From NCBI GenBank assembly GCA_963663035.1, contig OY760074.1:928001-992000 (forward strand): DNA of 64,000 nt, given 5' to 3'. Position 1 is the stretch's first letter, and the number at the start of each line of letters is the position of its first letter. Shown piece after piece: positions 50,002 to 59,517 of this stretch. Under the pieces are notes generated by a model, which saw only the letters and a program-made list of their open reading frames with translations, did no database searches and was not told the origin of the DNA. The stretch comes from Acidobacteriota bacterium (lineage in GTDB: Bacteria; Acidobacteriota; UBA6911; RPQK01; JADFOI01). The position numbers and the translations under genes are program-made.

Positions 50002-51361
50002 GTTCTTCCTGCTCTGGAAAGACGGTGCGCAAGTCCAGAATCAACTGATCAGCCTCTATCCGTGCCAGCACCGGGACTGGAGACTTCCTCAGGTGCTGCT
50101 CCAGGTCGTTCACGGAATGTTGCTTGGAGGTGATGGCCAGCAGATAGGTGGGGATCTCTTCTTCAGGCGCGGAGCCCCCGCCGATCAGAGAAAAGCCTGC
50201 TCGACCCTCGCTTTGAAAAATTTGGCTATCCAGAAGGTCCTTCAGGCGCAGGGCGCGTTTTTCAATCTCCTCCGCACTGGCGGAGAGCATGCGGTGAACG
50301 GGGATGAGCGTAGGATAGCTCCCCCTTTCGTATTGGGCCAGGGTCCACTGCAGGGCAGCGTAGGTCATCTTGTCGACACGGCAGGCCCGCATGAGAGGAT
50401 TGCGGCGAATGGCCTCAACCAGGTCGCTGTTACCCACCATGATGCCGGCCTGCGGGCCCCCCAAAAGCTTGTCGCCACTGAAGCAGACCAGGTCCGCACC
50501 CTCTCCCAGAACCGATTGAACCGAGGGTTCCTCCTGCAGGAAGGGATGGGATGAGGAAAAGAGAAGACCGCTGCCGGCATCCTCCACCAGGGGAATACCA
50601 CTCTCCTGAGCCAGCTCGGCCAGCTCCAGGAGTGTTGGACGGTGAGTAAATCCCACAATCTTGTAGTTGCTGGGGTGCACCCGCAGAATCAAGGCGGTAT
50701 CTTCATCAATGGCGTCGCGGTAATCCGAGATCCTGGTCTTGTTGGTGGTCCCCACTTCCTTCAAGATGGCGCCACTGCGCTCCATAATGGCGGGGATGCG
50801 GAAAGAGCCTCCAATCTCAACGAGTTCTCCACGAGAGACCAGGACCTTCTTTTCTCGGGCCAGGGTATTCAAGATCAGCAGAACCGCTGCTGCATTGTTG
50901 TTGCAGACGGTGGCTGCCTGACAGTCCAGCAGGCGGCAGATGCCCTCTTCAAAGTGAAGATCGCGATGTCCTCGCTGGCCGGCAGCGAGATCATATTCGA
51001 GATTGGAATACCCGGTTGCGATTTCCAGGATGGCCTGGGCTGCCTCAGGAGGCAGAGGAGCCCGCCCGATATTGGTGTGAAGGATGACACCGCTGGCATT
51101 GATGACTTTGCCCAGCGAGGGTGAAAGCCGTGCCTCGATTCTAGAGCGAAGAACGGAATCCAGCGATTCGATCCGTTCACTCAGGATTTCGTCAGAGAGT
51201 TGTCCATTTTGAATGCCGGTGCGCAGCTCTGCCAGATATTCCTGGATTCCATTTACCACAAGCTCTCGAGAATAGAGATCGATCAGGCCCTGAATGGAGT
51301 CCTTCTGCAAGATCTTGCTGACGGAGGGAAGCTGCTGCAGGATCTGACTTTCAGCGGACAC
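49961..51361 (-). CDS. selA: L-seryl-tRNA(Sec) selenium transferase
   Basis: INASGVILHTNIGRAPL, NLEYDL, SRGELVEIGGSFRIP, EVGTTN, FSGDKLLGGPQAG; probable GTG start 51361. Confidence 0.95.
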   Translation of the reverse strand: MSAESQILQQLPSVSKILQKDSIQGLIDLYSRELVVNGIQEYLAELRTGIQNGQLSDEILSERIESLDSVLRSRIEARLSPSLGKVINASGVILHTNIGRAPLPPEAAQAILEIATGYSNLEYDLAAGQRGHRDLHFEEGICRLLDCQAATVCNNNAAAVLLILNTLAREKKVLVSRGELVEIGGSFRIPAIMERSGAILKEVGTTNKTRISDYRDAIDEDTALILRVHPSNYKIVGFTHRPTLLELAELAQESGIPLVEDAGSGLLFSSSHPFLQEEPSVQSVLGEGADLVCFSGDKLLGGPQAGIMVGNSDLVEAIRRNPLMRACRVDKMTYAALQWTLAQYERGSYPTLIPVHRMLSASAEEIEKRALRLKDLLDSQIFQSEGRAGFSLIGGGSAPEEEIPTYLLAITSKQHSVNDLEQHLRKSPVPVLARIEADQLILDLRTVFPEQEELIVSAFAALASRQ

Positions 51362-51393
51362 CAGTTGATTATACAGGAAGGAGTCAGAGGAAA

Positions 51394-51450
51394 AGAATCC
51401 AGAATCCAGAATCCAGAAGATTCTCGGAACCTGGAATCTGGAACCTGGAA
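51394..51450. repeat. Heptamer tandem repeats
   Basis: (AGAATCC)3 and GGAACCT-GGAATCT-GGAACCT. Confidence 0.75.
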
Positions 51451-51478
51451 CGATGTATGCTTTAGCGGGGGTACGGTC

Positions 51479-51697
51479 ATGAAAAAATGGAGCGCTCAAA
51501 CGGTTCGGTTGGATAGGTTAGAGGATCATCTGAACCAACTGTCTGCTGACGGGTATGAGATTTATGGTCTCTATCCTGTCATGATGCCCATCGGGGGGGA
51601 TGCGAAGCTCACCACTTTCCTGGTAGCCGCCAGTAGAAGCGTGGACTACGTAGAAAAGGAAATCGCTCAAGTGGACACTGAAGCCACCAGACATTAG
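51479..51697 (+). CDS. Small hypothetical protein (72 aa, DUF4177-like)
   Basis: ATG after GGGGG; LEDHLNQLSADGYEI resembles the LNxLGxEGWEL pattern. Confidence 0.6.
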   Translation: MKKWSAQTVRLDRLEDHLNQLSADGYEIYGLYPVMMPIGGDAKLTTFLVAASRSVDYVEKEIAQVDTEATRH

Positions 51698-51704
51698 GAC
51701 AGGC

Positions 51705-51775
51705 GACACCTGACTGCTGACAACTGACAGCAGACCCTTGCACAGTAGTTTGAACCTGGAACTTGAAACTTGGAA
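51705..51775. repeat. Heptamer tandem repeats
   Basis: GACACCT-GACTGCT-GACAACT-GACAGCA and GAACCTG-GAACTTG-AAACTTG. Confidence 0.72.
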
Positions 51776-51814
51776 GGCGCGCGAAGCGCGCTCTGCGCGA
51801 ACAGGAACGTCTTT

Positions 51815-53374
51815 ATGAAAATCGAGACCGCATTGTTGAGTGTTTACGATAAAGAAGGGGTGGTCGAGCTGGCCGAGCGCCTGACGGAAATGAAGATCCA
51901 GATCCTCTCCACGGGAGGCACAGCGGGGGTTTTGAAGAAGGCTGGCATACCGGTGATTGCCGTCTCTGACTACACCGGGTCTCCCGAGATTTTGGATGGT
52001 CGGGTCAAAACGCTGCATCCTCGGATTCACGGGGGTATCCTGGCCCGTCATGGTGATTCCGCTCACCAGGCTGTCCTCCAGGAAAACGAGATATCAGCCA
52101 TTGGCCTGGTGGTCGTGAACCTCTATCCCTTCAGCAAGACGATCGAAAGGGAAGGGGTGACCATGGAGGAGGCCATTGAGCAGATTGATATTGGAGGGCC
52201 CACCATGATTCGTGGCGCCGCCAAGAATCATAAATACACCACGGTGCTGGTGGACCCGTCCGATTATTTGGAAGTTCTGGCGGAGATGGGTGAGCAGGCC
52301 GGAGAAACCAAAGAAGCCACCCGCCGCCGCCTGGCCAGTAAAGCGTTTCATCATACAGCCGGCTATGATGCGGCCATTGCTGGTTACTTTGAGGACCAGC
52401 AGTCACCGACAGAGGCTTTGCCCACCACGATCAATCTGGCCTTGATGCAGAAAAGCTCTCTTCGCTACGGTGAGAACCCTCATCAGGCAGCAGGGCTTTA
52501 CCAGCCCTGGTTCTCGCCCAGCGCGGGCTTGGTGAGTGCCAAACAACACCAGGGAAAGGAACTGTCCTTCAATAACTACCTTGATCTGGAGTCTGCCTGG
52601 AATTTCTGCAGTGAATTTGAGGAGCCCTGCTGTGTCATTATCAAACACACCAACCCCTGCGGTGCAGCCCAGAGTTCCGAGCTGCCGGAGGCCTATGAAA
52701 AAGCGCTGGCCTGCGACCCCCTCTCTGCTTTTGGCTCGGTTGTGGCTTTTAACCGCGAGGTCAATGGGGATACGGCCGAGCTGATGAGGTCGCTTTTCAT
52801 TGAAGCGGTGATCGCCCCTGGATTTCATGGGGATGCTCTGGAACTCTTTTCCAAGAAGAAGAATCTCCGCGTCATGGAGATGGGAGAAAATGCCCTTCAG
52901 CGGGATCCGGCGGGAAAATGGTTCGATTTCAAGAAGATCTCGGGAGGGTTTCTGGTCCAGAACAAGGACCTCTATTACATGAAGAGAGGGGAACTCAAGA
53001 CGGTGACAGAGCGCGCCCCGACAGACGATGAAACCGATGACCTGCTCTTCGCCTGGGTGGTCTCGAAGCACGTGAAATCGAATGCCATCGTCTACGCGCG
53101 CGGCGGACAGACGGTTGGAATTGGCGCCGGCCAGATGAGCCGGGTGGATTCCGTTCGCCTGGGGGCGGAAAAGGCCCAGCTGAGCCTGGAAAATAGTGTG
53201 CTGGCCAGCGACGGGTTCTTCCCTTTCCGCGACGCCATCGACGAGGCCGCCGGGGCCGGTGTGAAAGCAGTCATTCAGCCGGGAGGATCCATCCGAGACG
53301 AAGAAGCCATCGCTGCAGCCAATGAGCACGGCATGGCGATGGTCTTTACGGGCATCCGCCACTTCAAGCACTGA
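51815..53374 (+). CDS. purH: Bifunctional AICAR transformylase/IMP cyclohydrolase
   Basis: [52 protein letters not shown]. Confidence 0.98.
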   Translation: MKIETALLSVYDKEGVVELAERLTEMKIQILSTGGTAGVLKKAGIPVIAVSDYTGSPEILDGRVKTLHPRIHGGILARHGDSAHQAVLQENEISAIGLVVVNLYPFSKTIEREGVTMEEAIEQIDIGGPTMIRGAAKNHKYTTVLVDPSDYLEVLAEMGEQAGETKEATRRRLASKAFHHTAGYDAAIAGYFEDQQSPTEALPTTINLALMQKSSLRYGENPHQAAGLYQPWFSPSAGLVSAKQHQGKELSFNNYLDLESAWNFCSEFEEPCCVIIKHTNPCGAAQSSELPEAYEKALACDPLSAFGSVVAFNREVNGDTAELMRSLFIEAVIAPGFHGDALELFSKKKNLRVMEMGENALQRDPAGKWFDFKKISGGFLVQNKDLYYMKRGELKTVTERAPTDDETDDLLFAWVVSKHVKSNAIVYARGGQTVGIGAGQMSRVDSVRLGAEKAQLSLENSVLASDGFFPFRDAIDEAAGAGVKAVIQPGGSIRDEEAIAAANEHGMAMVFTGIRHFKH

Positions 53375-53390
53375 TCTCTGGGAGAGGACC

Positions 53391-54164
53391 ATGATACTAG
53401 CCATCGATATCGGAAATTCGCACTTGGTCTTGGGCATTTTTGACCGCGATCGACTCGCCCACTCGTGGAGAGTGGTGACGCGCACAGATCAGACCTATGA
53501 CGAGTGCGCTGTGATGTGCACCAATCTGTTTGGACTCAAGGGGATCTTTGCTCAGGACATTGAGGGCATGATCATCTGCTCGGTGGTTCCGCCGCTGAAC
53601 GAGGCCTATGAGTTGCTGGGCAAGAGATACTTCTCCCTGGACGCGCTGTTTGTCGACACCACCCAGCAGAGCCTGATGCCCATTTCTGGCTATCAGCCTC
53701 CATCGGACGTGGGTGCTGATCGCATCGTCAATGCTGTGGCCGCCTTTGACAAGGTGGGCGGGCCTGTCATTGTGGTGGATTTTGGGACCGCCACGACTTT
53801 TGATGCCATCTCTGAAAAAGGGGAATACCTGGGCGGAATCATTGCTCCCGGGCTGGGCATCTCTGCGGAGGCGCTGGTCAGCCGGGCCTCCAAACTGCCT
53901 CCCATCGAGATCAAGAAGCCCCCTCAGGTGATCGGAGACTCCACGGTGACCAGTATGCAGTCAGGGCTGTACTTTGGTTACCTTGGCCTGGTGGAGGGGA
54001 TTCTCGGCAAGATGAAGGAGGAGTTGGGAGAGGTCCAGGTGGTGGCTACCGGAGGTCTGGCCGCCCTTGTGGCTGCCGATTCGGAGGCGATAGACCGCGT
54101 AGAGGAAAACCTGATCCTCTATGGATTGAATATCTTTTATAGAGATATGAGAAAAGAGGGTTGA
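53391..54164 (+). CDS. coaX: Type III pantothenate kinase
   Basis: [35 protein letters not shown]. Confidence 0.95.
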   Translation: MILAIDIGNSHLVLGIFDRDRLAHSWRVVTRTDQTYDECAVMCTNLFGLKGIFAQDIEGMIICSVVPPLNEAYELLGKRYFSLDALFVDTTQQSLMPISGYQPPSDVGADRIVNAVAAFDKVGGPVIVVDFGTATTFDAISEKGEYLGGIIAPGLGISAEALVSRASKLPPIEIKKPPQVIGDSTVTSMQSGLYFGYLGLVEGILGKMKEELGEVQVVATGGLAALVAADSEAIDRVEENLILYGLNIFYRDMRKEG

Positions 54165-54865
54165 ATAATTATTTCAACTACTTCACAGAAGTTGAGGAGC
54201 ATTTCGCCAGGAAGCGGGGCAAGGGCTTGCTGGTTTCCCCACTGGACTGGTGCCTGATTGAACTGTGGAGAGACAGTGGTATTCCTCTGCACATCGTCCT
54301 GCGGGGGATTGAAAGAAGCTTCGAATCGGTAGAAAAAAGACAAAAAAAAGCCCCCAACACTCTCTTTTACTGTCACCAGGCGATTCTTGAAGCCTTCGAA
54401 GAATACAATCAAGCCATGCTGGGTACTTCTCCCCAAGCCGGGGAAGCTGAGGCCGCATCAGTCTCGTCTGCAGATCCCGCCCAACTCGAAGCTGTCTTGA
54501 GTTATCTTCAAGAACTCGAAAATTTTCTGAAGGCGAAATCCAGTGAGGTGTTTGAAAGGTCCAGTGGACGGGTTTCCGCTTTGAAATCGGAACTTCTCTC
54601 TGCTCAGTCCGCCGATTTTCGGGCGCTGGATCGCGACCTCGTTCAAATTGGAGTCCTGCTGGCTGAGGCTCTGAAAGAGGAGTTGGGTTCAGAGAAGGTC
54701 AAGGAGCTACGCGGGGAGGTGAGACAAGAGATGAGGATTTACCGCAAGCGCCTCTCCAAGGAAATGTACCAGCGTCTGGAGAACTCTTACCTGGATCGCA
54801 AGATCCTGGCTTTTCACGGTCTCCCGGAATTCAGCCTGCTGGGCGTGGAGATGGCGGAAGAGTAG
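54161..54865 (+). CDS. Conserved hypothetical protein (possible DnaD-like helical domain)
   Basis: Coupled to coaX (TTGA); NYFNYFTEVEEHF...VSPLDWCLIELWRDSGIPLHIVLRGI. Confidence 0.7.
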   Translation: MNNYFNYFTEVEEHFARKRGKGLLVSPLDWCLIELWRDSGIPLHIVLRGIERSFESVEKRQKKAPNTLFYCHQAILEAFEEYNQAMLGTSPQAGEAEAASVSSADPAQLEAVLSYLQELENFLKAKSSEVFERSSGRVSALKSELLSAQSADFRALDRDLVQIGVLLAEALKEELGSEKVKELRGEVRQEMRIYRKRLSKEMYQRLENSYLDRKILAFHGLPEFSLLGVEMAEE

Positions 54866-54889
54866 CAGTTCAAGTTCCAGGGGAACCAG

Positions 54890-55366
54890 ATGGTAGAGTT
54901 CGTCAACGAAAACTTTTTCACGATCTGGTTGATCTTCGCGGCCTGGCCTGTCGGCCTCTTCAGCTGGCTTCTCTGGCGTCGCCATCAGCGGGGTTCCATC
55001 TTTCCAGAGGTACCGCCAGAGCAGATTCGTTTTAAGGAGAGCTTCGCCTCGGGTCGATCACATAAGAATTGGCGCACGCGTATGGGTTCTGCCGCAAATT
55101 GCTTGAAGATTACGGTAACGGACGAAGAACTTTGGGTAGTGCCGGTTTTCCCTTTCTCCGCCCTTGCGAAATACTCTGATCTGGAGCATCGTGTTCGGAA
55201 AGAGGACATAACCCAGGTGACGGAACGGCGGCAACTTTTCATCCGCTCGTTCCTGATCGATTTCCTGGATCAGGATGGTCAGAGTCATCGAATACAGATT
55301 CATCCCAGGCGGTGGCGCCAATTCAAGGAGGCACTGGGCAATGTGGGAGAAGGTGAGGGACAGTAA
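54890..55366 (+). CDS. Hypothetical membrane-anchored protein
   Basis: 158 aa, N-terminal TM, GGGG RBS. Confidence 0.65.
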   Translation: MVEFVNENFFTIWLIFAAWPVGLFSWLLWRRHQRGSIFPEVPPEQIRFKESFASGRSHKNWRTRMGSAANCLKITVTDEELWVVPVFPFSALAKYSDLEHRVRKEDITQVTERRQLFIRSFLIDFLDQDGQSHRIQIHPRRWRQFKEALGNVGEGEGQ

Positions 55367-55418
55367 TCTTTTCTGTGCCCTCGTGTTAGCCACGGTAACG
55401 TGGCTTCCCTCCACCGCG

Positions 55419-55970
55419 TCATTCACTCACTCGCTTGATTAACCGGTTGGATGGTTCCTGTGCGGGGTCGACGACTTTGCGAGAGGCCTCGATCCCCGTC
55501 GCGGGGAGTTTCTCCGCGTCGATCAAGCCGACCTGCGCGAGTACGGAGGCTTGGTCCCAGTAGATGCGCTCACCGGCGATCTTGCCGTCTTTAAACTGCA
55601 CAACCACGATGACGGCAACTTCGACCCGTTTGCCCGTCGGCGGTACGCCGGGAAGAATCCACGGCATTTCGATCGTGTGGGTAAACTGGTGAATCAGTTC
55701 GTCCACTACGCGGTCATCTCCAACCGTGCGAGCGATTGGTATGGTTTCGATGTCCGGTGGATGGCCGGGGAGGAAATAAGTGCTGTAGAAGTGGTGGACT
55801 TCACTGGAGCCAACGCCACCTGTCATTACGGGGACATGATTGACGAAGGGCTCCGACGTCATTGTCGCCATCGTCGCGTTGATACTCTTCTCCTCGAACT
55901 CGGCCGCCATGTGCTGCTCCCATACCTCGACCATCGCCTGCTGTTCCGGAGTAAGGTGACGACTATTCAT
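55419..55970 (-). CDS. SnoaL/ester cyclase-like (NTF2-fold) protein
   Basis: WEQHMAAEF, VNHVPVMTGG, VVDE, LPGVPPTGK, ERIYWDQASVLAQ; ATG 55970 after GGGAGG. Confidence 0.85.
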   Translation of the reverse strand: MNSRHLTPEQQAMVEVWEQHMAAEFEEKSINATMATMTSEPFVNHVPVMTGGVGSSEVHHFYSTYFLPGHPPDIETIPIARTVGDDRVVDELIHQFTHTIEMPWILPGVPPTGKRVEVAVIVVVQFKDGKIAGERIYWDQASVLAQVGLIDAEKLPATGIEASRKVVDPAQEPSNRLIKRVSE

Positions 55971-55992
55971 GGTTTCTCGAGCCTCCCTCGTG

Positions 55993-56187
55993 TTAGCCAG
56001 CCCCTTCAAGAGTGCGTTCAAGAATGAGGCTGGCATGGCCATTCTTGCTGAAAACCTCGTCACCGCGATACTCAACGATGGTGCGAAAACCGAGCTTTAT
56101 CCAAGCGCGCAAGTCGGCCAGTTTTTCAGGTACACTTGAAGCCAAACAGCTCGGTACTTTCCAAGACCTTCAAGTTCTCTGGCGAAC
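55993..56187 (-). pseudogene. C-terminal remnant of a GNAT acetyltransferase with a frameshift
   Basis: RAVWLQVYLKNWP then, after a frameshift at about 56113, LRAWIKLGFRTIVEYRGDEVFS...LILERTL; resembles GNAT motif B (N..A..W.KLGF). Confidence 0.62.
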
Positions 56188-57102
56188 CTTCTCGCGGGAA
56201 GGGTTTCCACTGTACTCCGTGTAATTACCCGGTTTTCCTCCCGCTTCGAGAATCGCATCCATGCTGGTGAGAGAAGCACCGCCGCCGCTGGCCAGTACGG
56301 CGATATTTCCGTCGAACTCGAGAAAAGTTTTCCCGGCCACGCCACGATGATCGTGATAGTCGATCTTGCGTGCTTCGAGAGCACCTTCACTGAGCAGGCT
56401 CAGATCTTCGGCATCGGTGACATCGGAGAAAACCCTCTGGCGGGACACAGCGCTGTCATCAATGGTGATCTTGGCGTCTCCGGCAAAGAGCATGCCTTCA
56501 GGAGTCTTGATGATGGGATTGATTTCCAGTAAGCGACAGTCATAGCGTCTGAAGCATGTATAGGCTTTGCTGATAAAAGAAGCAAGCTGGAGGATCTCAC
56601 GTTTGCTGAATCCTGCAGCTTTCACCAGCTCACGCGCCTGAAAGCTGTGCAATCCCTCCAGGGCGGAGACATGGATGCTGTGCGGCCTTTCCTCGTCTTC
56701 AACGTTTATCCCTCCGCTTCGCGAGAAAAGAACCATGGGCTTCCGCTCCCGGGTGTCGTAGAGGATCGAGAGATAATATTCCTCCTGAATGTCCAGTTCT
56801 TTCTCGATGAGCAGGGTGGTAATCGGCACATCGTTCCACTCCATTTGGTAGAGTGTATCGATTTGCTGGAGAGATTTCTCGTAATTGTCGGCTTCAACGA
56901 TGAGCCCTTTCTTCTTTCGTCCGCTGGTGGCCACTTGAGCTTTCAGAATCACATGACCGTGGTGCTCAAAGAAAAATTCATTGTAACGTTCCGTGTGATA
57001 GGAAAGGTTGATGTAGCTCTTGTTGTTGGTGACAATACCCCGGGGTATCCTGATTCCGCAGGACCGTAGGAGTTCTTTTCCCTTGTATTCAAGAAGTTGC
57101 AT
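56170..57102 (-). pseudogene. 3'-truncated ATP-grasp protein of the succinyl-CoA synthetase beta / ATP-citrate lyase (AclB) family
   Basis: LLEYKGKELL, LKAQV, EYYLSI, LEINP, DAKITIDD, SGGGAS, NYTEYSGNP, then abrupt end. Confidence 0.75.
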
Positions 57103-57157
57103 GGGCTGTTCCGGCTAGATGATAAGACGAAATTCAGTAGGAAAGCAATGCGCTGGA

Positions 57158-58156
57158 TCAACGGTGCAAAGACGAAAAAGTCCGACCGACCAATTTCCCC
57201 TTCGCCTGATTTGACTCCATGTAGGAATGGGCCTCAGCCAGTTGATCCAGCTCGAAAACTCGATCAAGCGTCACCCGAAGTCGACCATCTTCAACTGCCC
57301 TCACGACCTTGTTGAGTGCCTCGGTGGCGCCGGCCGCATCCACGGCATCGCTCTGGAAGGTGGTGAGTCGCACCGTTGACGGTATGTCTGCCATGGGCTC
57401 GAACTTCTCCAGGGTCCAGGCGTTTCCCAAGATCCCCGTGTTGCACACCACCCCCTTGGGAGCTGCTGCCTGTAGAGAGTCGAGCAGCGTGGTGGTCCCT
57501 ACAAGCTCCAGCACATGAGAAACTCCTTCGGGTACCAGCGCCCGGACTTCTGGAGCAATGGACCCGCTGTCGATGACCACATGATCGGCGCCGTTTGCCT
57601 CCAGGGCAGAGCGCTTGCTCTCGCTCCGCGTGGTCGCGATGACTCGGGCACCCAGGCTCTTGGCGAGAGTGCATGCCGCCATGCCGACCGATGATGAGCC
57701 GCCGCGGATAAAGAGAGTATCGTCTTCGCTGACTTCTAAGGCGTCCACCAGCGACCCCCAGGCAGTGAGGAACGTTTCCGGGAGGGCGGCCAGCGTTGCC
57801 CAGTCGAGAGTGCTCTCGATGGGTATGACCTGAGACTCCGGTACCAGGGTGTATTCTGCGTAGCTGCCGTCAAAGGCCCTGCCCATGCCGCCCATGACAG
57901 CGGCGACTTTGCTCCCGGGCTGAAAGTCGGAGCCTGCTCCAGCTGACTCAACCATCCCGACGCACTCGATCCCGAGGATGCGGGGAAACTCGACTGCGGA
58001 CCCGGAGTGGCCCTGGCGAGTGAACATCTCGGAACGGTTGAGGCCAAACGCCATCACCCGGATCAGGACCCACCCGTCACGAACATCCGGCTTCGGCACC
58101 TCGGTCAGGGTTAAGACTTCGGGGGGACCCGGCTCACTGACTACAATTGCCTTCAT
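57158..58156 (-). CDS. MDR-family (quinone reductase-like) oxidoreductase
   Basis: FGLNRSE, ILGIECVG, DGSYAEY, IRGGSSSVG, AHSYME..GKLV. Confidence 0.9.
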   Translation of the reverse strand: MKAIVVSEPGPPEVLTLTEVPKPDVRDGWVLIRVMAFGLNRSEMFTRQGHSGSAVEFPRILGIECVGMVESAGAGSDFQPGSKVAAVMGGMGRAFDGSYAEYTLVPESQVIPIESTLDWATLAALPETFLTAWGSLVDALEVSEDDTLFIRGGSSSVGMAACTLAKSLGARVIATTRSESKRSALEANGADHVVIDSGSIAPEVRALVPEGVSHVLELVGTTTLLDSLQAAAPKGVVCNTGILGNAWTLEKFEPMADIPSTVRLTTFQSDAVDAAGATEALNKVVRAVEDGRLRVTLDRVFELDQLAEAHSYMESNQAKGKLVGRTFSSLHR

Positions 58157-58172
58157 TTTTCACCCAATGGAC

Positions 58173-58832
58173 TCACGGATCAGGGGCATACCGGGGGTAA
58201 TGGCTACGATACCCGAGCAGCCGAGCGATAGGGCCAATGACCCAGTAGAGGGCCCGCTGGAGCGCCACCGGGGGTCCCCCCAACCAGGAATCATATGCTG
58301 GGCTGAAGCGCGACATTTGCAGAAGGGCGCGAGGGAGTAAGCCGTTCTCCGGTGCGGCATCGAAAAAGCCGTAGGCTTGTGCAAGAAAGATGCCGAACCG
58401 ATCGGGCAGGGCGTACTCCGGCGTGAGAGGGCCCGAAACAATGGCTTCCTCTTGGGTCGGGTTGAACGGCTTATGAACGACTCCCGGCGCAACCAGGAAC
58501 TCCTCCCCGGCATGCAGGTGAACGACTTCGCCATCGGCGAGGACAGCCACTGTTCCGCGCTGCACGCGGAAGCGCTCGGCAAAAGTCGTGTGTACGTGAA
58601 GAGGCGGACCAGGCGCATGTGGGTGAAGGGTTAGCTCCGACCAGATCAGACCCGGCTGGTGCCGCATGATTCGCTGCGTGAACCCTTCGGATTTGCTGTG
58701 GAAGACTTGCCCAAACTTTGGAACGAACTCCGATCCAGCTTCGGGCTCAGGGAACACAACACGATCCAACAAAGGCCCGACCACAAGGAGAAGAACGAGG
58801 ATGCTCGCCAGACCTGAAAAAAAGTACAGCAA
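58173..58832 (-). CDS. Membrane-anchored cupin-domain protein
   Basis: PPLHVH...E.F.V..G and PGVVH cupin motifs; TTG after GGAGGTGA. Confidence 0.8.
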   Translation of the reverse strand: MLYFFSGLASILVLLLVVGPLLDRVVFPEPEAGSEFVPKFGQVFHSKSEGFTQRIMRHQPGLIWSELTLHPHAPGPPLHVHTTFAERFRVQRGTVAVLADGEVVHLHAGEEFLVAPGVVHKPFNPTQEEAIVSGPLTPEYALPDRFGIFLAQAYGFFDAAPENGLLPRALLQMSRFSPAYDSWLGGPPVALQRALYWVIGPIARLLGYRSHYPRYAPDP

Positions 58833-58889
58833 ATCCTCACCTCCACGAGATGAGGACAGTCATCTTGTCTGCTCCTTCGTTAGGCTGCT

Positions 58890-59306
58890 TCATTGGTTCA
58901 CCACGAGGCATCCCGCCATCATATCGTGGAGACCCTGCTTCTTTTCAGTAAACGCCACCATGGTGAAACCCACCAGGAGGATAACGGTAGAGATGATCTT
59001 TCCGAAATATCGTCCTGCCGCCTTTCCGAAGCCAATCGGGTTTCCTTCCAAGTCGGTCACTTTGATTCCAAGGGCCATCTTTCCGAGTGTTGCTTGGGTT
59101 GGGGAGGACTCCATGACGCAAAAGTAGAGCCATCCGATGAAGAAACCGAGGATGTTTCCGATAACTTCCAGCACTTCAGGGTCATCGACGCCGCCCAAGA
59201 CCAGGATGATGCCGAACATGAATCCAATCGCAAAACTGCCAATCATGGTGATGATAGTGTCAATGATGAAAGCTGCGAATCTCTTCCAAAACCCTGCGTA
59301 GCTCAT
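58890..59306 (-). CDS. RDD-family membrane protein
   Basis: YAGFWKRFAAFIID, QATLGKMALGIKV, KQGLHDMMAG; ATG 59306 after GGGAG. Confidence 0.92.
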   Translation of the reverse strand: MSYAGFWKRFAAFIIDTIITMIGSFAIGFMFGIILVLGGVDDPEVLEVIGNILGFFIGWLYFCVMESSPTQATLGKMALGIKVTDLEGNPIGFGKAAGRYFGKIISTVILLVGFTMVAFTEKKQGLHDMMAGCLVVNQ

Positions 59307-59517
59307 TGTTGTCTCCCTTTTGTGTTGCCGAACAATGTCTGTGCTGGTCAACATAATATCCAAAGTTTCCGCATAAGATGCAAGCAGAAATCGGCGCAGC
59401 AGGAAATGCGGACCGAAGGGGGAATGCATGGACGCAGGGTGGAAGGTTGGAGGCAGGAGAGGTGGCTCAGGCAAAGGATCTACCAGAACCACCTGACTCA
59501 CTCACGAAACCACGAAC

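Noticed and set aside
51698-51814. ZMP/ZTP riboswitch upstream of purH
   Set aside because: Lacks the GACUGGCG...GCCUGGG pattern; region consists of heptamer repeats and a short GC hairpin.
59400-59500. Integron integrase remnant next to the putative attI
   Set aside because: No frame gives recognisable tyrosine-recombinase motifs.
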